Below, one piece after another: positions 8,809 to 17,435 of a DNA stretch of 27,762 bases. Numbering within the stretch: position 1 is the stretch's first letter; each line of letters begins with the position of its first letter. The notes beneath the pieces are model-generated. The model saw only the letters and a program-made list of their open reading frames with translations. It was not told where the DNA came from and searched no databases. Where the stretch lies: assembly GCA_038523235.1 (NCBI GenBank), contig JBCBJQ010000076.1, positions 1 through 27,762 on the forward strand. Reading direction: 5' to 3'. Made by a program: the position numbers and the translations under genes. The DNA comes from Cyanobacteria bacterium J06626_4 (lineage in GTDB: Bacteria > Cyanobacteriota > Cyanobacteriia > Phormidesmidales > Phormidesmidaceae).

Positions 8809-11800
8809 ATGTCGAAGCCAGATTGCACCGTTCTTGTTGTCAAAGGATCGACTCAAGCAGAGGACTATGTTGGCTGGCTGGCTGCCGATCAGGCCAGGTC
8901 TTATCGAGTTTTAACCACTGACTGCCCGGCCCAAGCCATACCCAATTGGACGCTGCCCACTGGCCTCAAGGTCGATGGGGTGCTGCTGACCCTGCCCCTT
9001 TCTCACCGTGACAGTGCGGCCCTCATCGGTCAGCTCAAAGCTCAACTGGCCCCCGCTTGCCCCCCCATTATCGTCATCGGCGATCGGGATATGACAGCCG
9101 CTGTCACCGCCATGAAAGCCGGCGCTACCGACTATTTAGGGCAAGACCAACTGACCGCGACCCAGCTGACGACAACATTGACGGCGGCGATCGCCCTCGC
9201 GTTCCCTGATACAACTACTTCCGCCCATCCGCAGCAGCCATCGCCGGCCACACTCAACAACCGTCAAGACTTGATTGAGGCGATTCCTCAAATTATCTGG
9301 ACGGCGGACGCTCAGGGCCAGGTCAACTACTGGAACCGTCGCTGGTTTGACTACACGGGTCGCCAGCCGACTGAGTCGATGGGGTGGAACGCCCTGCAGC
9401 AGGTGCATCCCGACGATCGTGATCGCACCCTGACCGCTTGGCAAACGGCTGTGGCTCTGGGGCAGCCGTTTGAGAGCGAATATCGCATTCAACGGCATGA
9501 CGGGGTCTATCGCTGGTTTATCTGTCGGGCGCTACCCACGGTCACGACCACGGGTCAAATTGCGGGCTGGGCGGGCACCATCACCGATATCGATCAGCGG
9601 GTGCAGCTCGAGCAAGCGCTGGTGCAAGAGCGAGATTCTCGCCAGCAGACCGAAACAGCCCTCGCCAGCACCGAAGAATGGTATCGCTACATTTTTGAAG
9701 CCGTTGATGTCGCCATTTGGGAAGAAGATTTCAGCCTGGTCAAAGTCCAGATTGAACAGCTCAAACAGGCCGGAGTGACAGACTTTTATCGTTATTGCGA
9801 CGAGCATCCCGAATTTGTGCAGCAGGCGATCGCCCAGGTCAAGCCGGTGAACGTCAACCAGGCGGCACTGCGCATGTTCAAGGCTAAACATAAAGCCGAT
9901 TTGTTGATTTCACTTGATCGCGTTTTTGTGACTGAGACCCAGCCTTCCTTTGTTGATGAACTGGTGGCAATCGCGGTAGGCGATCGCCGACTAGCGATCG
10001 AAACAATCGGCCAAACGCTCACCGGTGAGCGGATGCAAGTCCAGGTGAATATTACCTTTCCAACAGCTTCAGAATCCTATGAACGGGTGTTGGTCTGCGT
10101 CGTTGATCAAACTGAGCAAAAAGCCGCCGAAACCGCATTACGCCAGGGCGAAGAGCGGTTTCGCACCCTCGCTGATAATATTGCCCAACTGACCTGGATG
10201 GCCGATGTCAGTGGCTGTATGCTTTGGTTTAATCAGCGGTGGTTTGACTATACCGGCACGACCTTGGCGCAAATGGACGAGTCGGGATGGCGTGAGGTGC
10301 ACCACCCCGACTATGTTGAGCGAGTGCTGGCCAAGCTGCAGCAGTGCTTTCAATCCGGGGAACCTTGGGAAGATACCTTTCCTCTCCGCGGGCGAGACGG
10401 GCAATATCGCTGGTTTCTGGCCCGTGCCTTACCCATTCGCGATGAAGCGGGCAATATTTGGCAATGGTTTGGCAGTCATACCGACATCACTCAGCGGAAG
10501 CAGGCAGAAGACGCGCTGAAAGCAAGTGAAGAACGGCTGCAAATGGCACTAGAAGCCTCTGGCAGCGGCTTTTGGGACTGGGATATCGTCGCTGATCGCG
10601 ACTATTTAAGTCCCCAATGGCTGGCCATGCTGGGATTTGGACCCGGCGAACTGGAGGAAAAATACAACACCTGGGCGGAGCTGATTCACCCAGAGGATAA
10701 GCCTCAGATCCTAGAGCGGCTGCAGGCGCATTTGCAGGATAGTGCAGTTCCCTACAGCTTTGAATATCGGCTCGCTACTAAGCAAGGCGGCTGGAAATGG
10801 ATTGCCAACTACGGTAAGGTCGTCGCTCGCGATGATCAGGGTAACCCGCTGCGCATGATGGGCATTCACCATGACGTCAGCGATCGCAAACAGATTGAAG
10901 CCATCCTACGCCTCAGTGAGAGCCGCTATCGGACGCTGGCCAATGCCGTGCCGCAACTCATGTGGATTGACGACGCCACCGGCAAAACTGAATTTTTTAA
11001 CCAACGGTGGCAAACCTATGTGGGTCAACCAGATCTGAGCTTAGACCATGCTCTCGGAACGGAGCTGATGCATGCCGAGGATGTGTCAGAGGTGCTGAGC
11101 AAGCGGGCGACGGCGCTGCAAACCGGCATGGACTATGAAATCGAATGTCGCCTACAGCGCCACGATGGGGCCTATCGCTGGCATCTGGTGCGGGTCGTGC
11201 CGCTGAACAACGGGGCGGGGCAGCCAGTCTCATGGTTTGGCACGGCAACTGACATTCATGATCGCAAAGCCGCAGCGGGGGAACGCGAGCAGTTGCTGCG
11301 GCGCGAAAAAAATGCCCGCGAAGAAGCCGAACGCGCTAATCGCATCAAAGACGAGTTTTTGGCCATCCTTTCCCATGAGTTGAGATCGCCCCTCAACCCC
11401 ATTTTGGGTTGGGCCAGACTGTTACAGACGCATCAGTTTGACACGGAGCAAACAACTGAGGCGCTGGCCACGATTGAGCGCAACGCCAAACTACAGACGC
11501 AACTAATTGATGATCTGTTAGACATTGCCAAAATTTTGCGCGGCAAGCTCAAGCTACAAAAGTCAGCGGTAGACCTGGCCTCAGCCATGACTGAGGCGAT
11601 CGAAACGATGGAGATCGCCGCCAGTGCCAAACCAATCATTGTCAAGTCCGATATTGTGGATGCGGTGCAGGTTTGGGGCGACGCCGGACGGCTGCAGCAA
11701 ATCATCTGGAATCTGCTGTCGAACGCCATCAAATTTACGCCAGCGGGCGGGCAGATTGTCCTGCGCTTGCAGCAGGATAATCGCGACGCGGTGATGACAG

Positions 11801-12459
11801 TGCAAGATACCGGCAAAGGCATCAGTGCTGACTTCCTGCCCAATATCTTTAAATCATTCCACCAAGAGGATGCTTCCATTACCCGCCAGCACGGGGGGCT
11901 GGGGCTCGGGCTAGCCATTGTGCGCTATCTGGTAGAGGCCCACGGTGGCCAGATCACCGTCGATAGTCCTGGCGAAAATCAAGGCTCAACCTTTACCCTA
12001 CGGCTGCCACTGTTGCCGCAGACAGCGGTCACCACCACCACCCAGCGATCGCCAGCGACCGAGTTAGACTTAACCGGCATTCGCGTGCTGGCCATTGATG
12101 ATAACCCCGATGCCTGTGAGCTGCTCGAAACCCTGCTCTCGCAATATGGCGCTGAGATCGCCGTCGTCACCGCTGCGGCTGAAGGGCTCTCACGAGTGTC
12201 AACCTTTCAACCTGACGTTTTGATCAGCGATATCGGCATGCCCGATATCGATGGATTTACTCTAATTGAGCAAGTTCGTCAGCTGCCCGCTACCGCTGGC
12301 GGCCAAACCCCCGCGATTGCCCTGACCGCCTATATCCGTGAGAGCGATCGGCAGCGCACCTATGACAGTGGCTATCAGGCACACCTAGCCAAACCCGTTG
12401 ATGTTGACCACTTGCTGCTAACGGTCATGGCCTTGGCCCGTGAAGCGCGCGATCACTAA
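8809..12459 (+). CDS. Multi-PAS hybrid sensor histidine kinase (degenerate REC, about 5 PAS/PAC, HisKA, HATPase, REC)
   Basis: Repeated PAS/PAC motifs (VHPDD, HHPDY, IHPED), H-box SHELRSPL, N-box NLLSNAIKFT, G-boxes DTGKGI and GLGLGL, C-terminal LISDIGMP. Confidence 0.93.
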   Translation: MSKPDCTVLVVKGSTQAEDYVGWLAADQARSYRVLTTDCPAQAIPNWTLPTGLKVDGVLLTLPLSHRDSAALIGQLKAQLAPACPPIIVIGDRDMTAAVTAMKAGATDYLGQDQLTATQLTTTLTAAIALAFPDTTTSAHPQQPSPATLNNRQDLIEAIPQIIWTADAQGQVNYWNRRWFDYTGRQPTESMGWNALQQVHPDDRDRTLTAWQTAVALGQPFESEYRIQRHDGVYRWFICRALPTVTTTGQIAGWAGTITDIDQRVQLEQALVQERDSRQQTETALASTEEWYRYIFEAVDVAIWEEDFSLVKVQIEQLKQAGVTDFYRYCDEHPEFVQQAIAQVKPVNVNQAALRMFKAKHKADLLISLDRVFVTETQPSFVDELVAIAVGDRRLAIETIGQTLTGERMQVQVNITFPTASESYERVLVCVVDQTEQKAAETALRQGEERFRTLADNIAQLTWMADVSGCMLWFNQRWFDYTGTTLAQMDESGWREVHHPDYVERVLAKLQQCFQSGEPWEDTFPLRGRDGQYRWFLARALPIRDEAGNIWQWFGSHTDITQRKQAEDALKASEERLQMALEASGSGFWDWDIVADRDYLSPQWLAMLGFGPGELEEKYNTWAELIHPEDKPQILERLQAHLQDSAVPYSFEYRLATKQGGWKWIANYGKVVARDDQGNPLRMMGIHHDVSDRKQIEAILRLSESRYRTLANAVPQLMWIDDATGKTEFFNQRWQTYVGQPDLSLDHALGTELMHAEDVSEVLSKRATALQTGMDYEIECRLQRHDGAYRWHLVRVVPLNNGAGQPVSWFGTATDIHDRKAAAGEREQLLRREKNAREEAERANRIKDEFLAILSHELRSPLNPILGWARLLQTHQFDTEQTTEALATIERNAKLQTQLIDDLLDIAKILRGKLKLQKSAVDLASAMTEAIETMEIAASAKPIIVKSDIVDAVQVWGDAGRLQQIIWNLLSNAIKFTPAGGQIVLRLQQDNRDAVMTVQDTGKGISADFLPNIFKSFHQEDASITRQHGGLGLGLAIVRYLVEAHGGQITVDSPGENQGSTFTLRLPLLPQTAVTTTTQRSPATELDLTGIRVLAIDDNPDACELLETLLSQYGAEIAVVTAAAEGLSRVSTFQPDVLISDIGMPDIDGFTLIEQVRQLPATAGGQTPAIALTAYIRESDRQRTYDSGYQAHLAKPVDVDHLLLTVMALAREARDH

Positions 12460-12631
12460 CTGGCTCCACGCCGGTCAAAATCAGCGGTCCACCCTCAGTG
12501 TCTTGGGGATTGTCCGCAAAGTGTGTCCGGCTGCAGGCACCCCTGGCAGTACCTCGCTGGGGTGCACCCAGGCTTGACGGCAAAAGTTTTTGACCGTTAA
12601 TGAATGACATACCCAAGTTTGACTAAACATC

Positions 12632-13198
12632 ATGGCCTCTACCGAACGACAAAAAATGCTGGCCAATCAGCCCTACTGGGCCGCCGATGCCGAGTTGACG
12701 GCGATGCGATTGGCCGCCCAGCAGCAGCTATACAGCTTTAACCACTCAGCACCCGCACAGACAGACTTGCGCCACGCGATCGCGCGATCGCTCTTTGGTG
12801 CCATTGGCCTCAATAGTGAAATCATCCCGCCCTTCCACTGCGATTACGGCTGCCACATTCGCGCCGGTGACAATCTCTATATCAACGTTAATTGCATCCT
12901 GCTTGACTGCAATTGGGTAACTCTGGGCGACAACGTGCTGCTGGCACCGAATGTCCAAATTTACACGGCTTACCATCCGGTCGAGCCCACCCAACGACAA
13001 ACGGGGGTGGAGATGGCCGCCCCAATTACCATCGGCAATAACGTCTGGATTGGCGGCGGCGCGATCGTTTGTCCTGGTGTCACCATTGGCGACCACACAA
13101 CAATTGGCGCGGGTAGCGTAGTAACAAAATCAGTGCCCGCTGGCGTAGTCGCAGCAGGCAATCCCTGTCGGGTGCTCCGAACGGTGGGGCCTGACTGA
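12632..13198 (+). CDS. maa: Sugar (maltose/galactoside) O-acetyltransferase
   Basis: PPFHCDYG, hexapeptide repeats, IGNNVWIGGGAIVCPGVTIG and AAGNPCRV. Confidence 0.88.
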   Translation: MASTERQKMLANQPYWAADAELTAMRLAAQQQLYSFNHSAPAQTDLRHAIARSLFGAIGLNSEIIPPFHCDYGCHIRAGDNLYINVNCILLDCNWVTLGDNVLLAPNVQIYTAYHPVEPTQRQTGVEMAAPITIGNNVWIGGGAIVCPGVTIGDHTTIGAGSVVTKSVPAGVVAAGNPCRVLRTVGPD

Positions 13199-13282
13199 AC
13201 GCCTCCGCTCAGCCCAACCGTTTGAGGCCGCTCCCAATCACAGTGAGTTGGATGCAAACGGTGTGCCAGCGGATTACTAGCC
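13194..13282 (-). mobile_element. Degenerate integron attC site (cassette 2)
   Basis: Minus strand: GGCTAGT-AATCC-GCTGGCAC-ACCGTTTG...CAAACGGT...GCTGAGC-GGAGGC-GTTCAGT. The 5/6-nt spacers are kept. TGCAGGCTAGT is complementary (9/11) to the cassette start GTTAGCCTGCA. Confidence 0.65.
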
Positions 13283-13311
13283 TGCACTACGACAACGCAA
13301 ATGTCAGGTTC

Positions 13312-14172
13312 TCATTCACTTACGAGCGCTTTGGCGATCGCTTCAATCTGATTCACCACCACCGAGATATGCCCTTCATTGGGATACATTACCAGCTTAG
13401 CCGTCGGGAGAGTTGCAGCAGTTCGCTTTACTAGATCAAGCGGAACATTCTTATCCTCTTCACCGTAGAACAATGTTAGTGGCATCCGAATTTCATCTAA
13501 ACTAAAGTCCCACTTCCTGAAGTAAAGCTGAAGATCCCAGGCAGTTCCTCGTGTTCCTGAACGAAGTCCTTCGTTCAAAGCCTCACAGCTTGTCTTTATC
13601 CGACCTGGCAATTTTAATACTGCGTAATCCGCTGCTGGCAGTCTTTTTTCTAAGGTTCCTAATAGTTTGTCTGGAGAACCATTCAGCGATCGCTGCGTCA
13701 ATTTCATTGAGGCTTGATACAGCCAGGGAACATGCTTGATTAAAAACAAACTCCAACGCTTGGATTTGAGCAAATCCGCAGTTGTAAATTCCCATGCGCC
13801 TGAAACGATTACGGCTGAATGTAATCGATGAGGAATCTTGGCAGCACAGGCAGCAGTGTAGCCGCCTCCCGACGAAACCCCCAACACTGAGAATTTGTCT
13901 AACCCCAGGGCATCGGCAAGAAAGGTAACATCCTTCGTCCAATCAGAAAATCCGCGATTCGATTGGAAATCTGACTGTCCTATTCCCGGACGACCTGGCG
14001 CAATCAGTCGTAAGCCTAATCGGATAAATACTTCATCGCCTAACAACAATGGCTCTAACCGAGAAGTGCCGCCACCATGAAAGTAGAAAACGGGATGCCC
14101 GTTGGGGTCGCCGTACTCTGCATAGGCTAACCGTCGATTATCAGGTAGGGGGAGAAAATTCGTACTTTCCAT
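13312..14172 (-). CDS. Alpha/beta fold hydrolase
   Basis: RRLAYAEYGDPNG, FYFHGG, nucleophile elbow GVSSGG, acid residue in GEEDKNVP, catalytic His in EGHIS. Visibly AT-richer than the flanks. Confidence 0.88.
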   Translation of the reverse strand: MESTNFLPLPDNRRLAYAEYGDPNGHPVFYFHGGGTSRLEPLLLGDEVFIRLGLRLIAPGRPGIGQSDFQSNRGFSDWTKDVTFLADALGLDKFSVLGVSSGGGYTAACAAKIPHRLHSAVIVSGAWEFTTADLLKSKRWSLFLIKHVPWLYQASMKLTQRSLNGSPDKLLGTLEKRLPAADYAVLKLPGRIKTSCEALNEGLRSGTRGTAWDLQLYFRKWDFSLDEIRMPLTLFYGEEDKNVPLDLVKRTAATLPTAKLVMYPNEGHISVVVNQIEAIAKALVSE

Positions 14173-14179
14173 AGCAGCG

Positions 14180-14223
14180 GTCTGGAATCTTTAGCTGAGT
14201 CTGGAATCTCAAACTGAGTCTGA
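14180..14223. repeat. Imperfect 19-bp tandem repeat in the cassette-2 leader
   Basis: GTCTGGAATCTTTAGCTGA / GTCTGGAATCTCAAACTGA / GTCTGA. Confidence 0.75.
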
Positions 14224-14267
14224 CACCTCATTATCTCTCCATTAATACCTTGACAGATAACTTTGCA

Positions 14268-14358
14268 GGCTAACGGCAGATATCACCGGGCCACCGCGAT
14301 AGAGTCCACCATGTCGAAACGCCCGGATCGGCGGCTCCGGTGCATGTCATTGTTATCC
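14268..14358 (-). mobile_element. Integron attC site (cassette 1), 91 bp
   Basis: Minus strand: R'' GGATAAC, 5 nt, L'' CATGCACC, stem GGAGCCGCCG/CGGTGGCCC, L' GGTGATA, 6 nt, R' GTTAGCC. Extrahelical bases sit at the expected positions. Confidence 0.88.
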
Positions 14359-14906
14359 CATTGGGAATGTGGCGACATTTTCCACCAGAGCCCAATCTTC
14401 GTCCTGGGCGGGTCGACCCATACAAAGCGTGAGAGATAGCATAAAGTCTATAGCCGCGTCGGCCAGTGGCGTATCAGCGAGAAATCGTGTCAACGGCGTC
14501 TCTGTGCCCAAGTCGTAAAGACATTTCAACCGGCAGATCAAGCAGATCTGATGCGTAGCGTACAGAAAGACCAAACGGTGCAAGCCACATGGCATCAGCC
14601 TTTTTATCCGAGAAGATGCAACCGCCACCAAAGCGGAACGTCAGGCCATCACGCTTGAAGTGAACGAAGTCGACACCATCACACCAGAATTGGTGCAGGT
14701 CCTGGTTCTCGGAAGTCCGGATGATTCGCCCAATCAGGAATTCGGTCGAGACGCGCAATAACTCGTGATTGCTTCGGTCATCATCGAAGAATCCGTGAGG
14801 TTCAATACTCCAGCGGTGAAGTATTCGAGAATACTGCTGGTCGGCAGAAGAGCATTGTTCCTTTCGGCAATCGTCGCGGCTCGGCGTCATTGCACAGATG
14901 GGATAA
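14274..14906 (-). mobile_element. Integron gene cassette 1 (unknown gene)
   Basis: Starts G|TTATCCCAT, the exact 10-nt complement of its own R'' region ATGGGATAAC. ATG lies 16 nt after the crossover, and a TAA lies inside R''. Confidence 0.85.
14353..14890 (-). pseudogene. Cassette-1 hypothetical protein, probably disrupted (138-aa ORF plus out-of-frame tail)
   Basis: ORF 14890-14474 stops at TGA. Another frame ends ...EDWALVENVATFPMG* with its stop inside attC R'', the typical cassette layout. This implies a nonsense mutation plus a frameshift. Confidence 0.5.
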
Positions 14907-14950
14907 CAATATTATTAGACAGAAAGTTGCCGCATATTATGTCAGACAGA
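14901..14950 (-). mobile_element. attI-like recombination site (no adjacent intI)
   Basis: Minus strand: TCTGTCTGACATAATATGCGGCAACTTTCTGTCTAAT-AATATT-G|TTATCC. Inverse-core-like GTCTAAT, 6-nt spacer, GTT core and an upstream imperfect direct repeat; no attC-type long hairpin. Confidence 0.55.
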
Positions 14951-14970
14951 TTGGCTGCCCTGGCAACCAA
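14951..14970 (-). terminator. Hairpin after the ATPase stop (weak terminator or RNA-stabilising stem)
   Basis: TTGGTTGC-CAGG-GCAGCCAA followed by TCTGTCT, a poor U-tract. Confidence 0.3.
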
Positions 14971-14987
14971 AGTTCAAACCTATCGGC

Positions 14988-17243
14988 TCAATCAATCACC
15001 AGATTAGGGGTGAACTCGTGTTGGACGAGGGGGCGGAGGCTGTTGAGGCCAGCGGCGATCGCCGAGCCGTTGTGAATCACTGTGGCAATCAAGGGACTCA
15101 GCCCAGCAGTGGTGGCCAGTCCTAGGGCGACCAAGTTGGGGACGACGACGAGGGCGATGTTTTGCTCAATCAGGTCGCGGGTTTGGCGGGCGATCGCGAT
15201 CGCTTCCAACAGCTCCAACAAATCATTGTTCATGAGCACCACATCGGCGGTTTCGCGAGCGACATCGGCCCCCCGCTCAAAGGACACCGAAACATCGGCA
15301 TAGGCCAGCGCCACCGAGTCATTCAAACCATCACCGACAAAGGCGACCGTGCGTCCAGAGCGATGCAAATCGCGTACAATTTTGGCCTTTTGGTCGGGAA
15401 ACGCTTCCGCATAGACCTTGTCATCGGGGATACCCAGCTCTTGGGCAACTTGGGTAGCGCGTTGGGGATTGTCCCCCGTGAGTAAGTGGAGTTCCAGGCC
15501 AAATTCTTGCTGCAAGAGGTGAATCAGCCGGGAGCTTTCTCGCCGCAGGGGGTCGGTGTAGCCCAGCGTGCCGATAAACTCACCGTCGCAGGCCACATAG
15601 ATGAGTGATAACGCGCCCACTTTCGGATTGATCCAGCCGTTCCACATCACCGCTTGCTGTTGCAAAAAGCGCTCACTGCCCACGGTGATGGTATGTCCCT
15701 CAATGTGGGCGGTCACCCCCAGCCCGACGCTGTAGTCCCAGTTATCTCGGGGCAGCAGCGGCATGCCCTGAGCTTGGGCCTGCTGTACGATTGCCTCCGC
15801 CACCGGATGAGTTAAGTGCTGCTCCGCAGAAGCGGCCAGCTGCAGTAACCGGGCCGCAGAGATATCTGACGAGAGGGGCGCAATGTTGGCGATCGTGAGG
15901 GTGCCTTCGGTCAGAGTTCCCGTCTTGTCAAAAACGATGGTATCGACCTCGGCCAGTTGCTCTAGGGTGCGGCCACTGCGCACCAACACCCCGTGGCGGG
16001 TCGTGTGATTCAGCGCCCCCAAAAATGCCGTGGGAATCGACACGCGAATGCCAGTGACAAAGTCCAAGGTGAGAATGGCGGCGGCGCGGGCGGGGTCGCG
16101 GGTAACGCCCAACACCAGCGTGGCCAGCAGTAGTGAGGGAATGATCAGGCGATCGGCCACCTTTTCGGTGTAGTTGGCCATGCGAGTGTCGTAGACCGGT
16201 GCCTGCTCTAGCAGTCGTAAACCGGCTGCAGCCCGCGTTTGATCACCGACGCGTTCCGCTTTGAGCGTTAACTGTCCCGATCGCACCAGCGTGGAGGCAA
16301 AGACATAGGTCTCGGGTCGCGCCACGATGGGCATCGCTTCCCCTGTGAGGCCCTGCTGATCAACCGTCGCTTCCCCACTCAACACCGTGCCATCTACCGG
16401 AATTTGCTCCCCTGGATGCACCACCACCTGATCTCCCAGTTGCACCTGATCGCTGGTTACTTGGCGGAGTTCGCCTTCCACACCCTGCACCCAGGCAAAG
16501 CGACCGATCGCATCCGCCAGGGTGGACGATCGCACTTCCGTCGCCCGAGCAGTTTGGTCGCGAATGGCATCGCCAATTTCGTGGAGCGTAATCACCAGGG
16601 CTGGGGTTAACAGACGTCCCTGCCAAGCGCTCAGACTCAGCGCGAGAAAGTCCAAACCGTCAATGTTGAGGCGGTGATCGCGCCACAGGCTACGCCAAGC
16701 TCGTTGAGCGATAGGCCAGATGGCGATCGCCAGGGTCATGGCAGCGGCAGGACGCGCCCCCCGTAAACCCAGCCAGCGGCTGGCCAATGCTAGCGCTGAG
16801 GCCAGCAACGGTAATCGCAACGTTGAGTGGCGCTGATTGACAGCCTCTTTAAAAGGAGTGGTTGGGCGATCGCCCTCTAACTGCATCTGCGATCGTGTCG
16901 ACTTGTCGCAATCAAGGGCGGCAGCCTCAACAGCCTCTAAATCACGATCTAAATTGTTCAGCAGTTCACTCAGGTGAGCAGACACCGCTGACGTTGCTAA
17001 CGGGGCATAGCGGATCACTACCGACTGAGCCGCTAGATTAATGCGCACCTGCTGCACCTCAGGCAGAGCGGCCAATCTTCTCTGGAGTTGAGCTTGGCAC
17101 TGCGGCTGAGTGCCTAACCGGGGAACCCGCAGCCGCAGCCGCCCCGGCACCTGATGCACGATTTTCCACAGTGCAGATTGGTCTGAGATCAGGGCTACAG
17201 CATCTGGAAAGGCCCCGATCGCCGAAGTCGAAAATTGCGTCAT
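14988..17243 (-). CDS. Heavy-metal-translocating P1B-type ATPase with N-terminal HMA2-like domain
   Basis: LTGE, DKTGTLT phosphorylation site, HP motif, LTGD and GDGLND; N-terminal VHQVPGRLRL. The TM motif is DFVTGIRVSIP instead of CPC. Confidence 0.92.
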   Translation of the reverse strand: MTQFSTSAIGAFPDAVALISDQSALWKIVHQVPGRLRLRVPRLGTQPQCQAQLQRRLAALPEVQQVRINLAAQSVVIRYAPLATSAVSAHLSELLNNLDRDLEAVEAAALDCDKSTRSQMQLEGDRPTTPFKEAVNQRHSTLRLPLLASALALASRWLGLRGARPAAAMTLAIAIWPIAQRAWRSLWRDHRLNIDGLDFLALSLSAWQGRLLTPALVITLHEIGDAIRDQTARATEVRSSTLADAIGRFAWVQGVEGELRQVTSDQVQLGDQVVVHPGEQIPVDGTVLSGEATVDQQGLTGEAMPIVARPETYVFASTLVRSGQLTLKAERVGDQTRAAAGLRLLEQAPVYDTRMANYTEKVADRLIIPSLLLATLVLGVTRDPARAAAILTLDFVTGIRVSIPTAFLGALNHTTRHGVLVRSGRTLEQLAEVDTIVFDKTGTLTEGTLTIANIAPLSSDISAARLLQLAASAEQHLTHPVAEAIVQQAQAQGMPLLPRDNWDYSVGLGVTAHIEGHTITVGSERFLQQQAVMWNGWINPKVGALSLIYVACDGEFIGTLGYTDPLRRESSRLIHLLQQEFGLELHLLTGDNPQRATQVAQELGIPDDKVYAEAFPDQKAKIVRDLHRSGRTVAFVGDGLNDSVALAYADVSVSFERGADVARETADVVLMNNDLLELLEAIAIARQTRDLIEQNIALVVVPNLVALGLATTAGLSPLIATVIHNGSAIAAGLNSLRPLVQHEFTPNLVID

Positions 17244-17435
17244 ACAGTTTGCGGTCGATTGATATCAAGGCAGAAAAATAGCGCTATCGACGACGAAGGA
17301 AAGGGTGCAAGGAAGCAGGACCTACTGCTAACGTCACTCTGCAAACCTTGGCCCCGTCCCTAAACCCTTAGCCCTGAACCTTCAACAATAATTCGAGCAA
17401 TGGATAGAACACAATCGTCGTCGGTAGCTCATCAC

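Larger units (their letters stand above)
13200..14273 (-). mobile_element. Integron gene cassette 2 (alpha/beta hydrolase)
   Basis: Bounded by G|TT crossovers at 14274/14273 and 13200/13199. Contains a single ORF followed by an attC. Confidence 0.65.

Noticed and set aside
17340..17385. CCCTAAA/CCCTGAA short repeats (also near 24328-24350)
   Set aside because: Ordinary degenerate cyanobacterial short tandem repeats.
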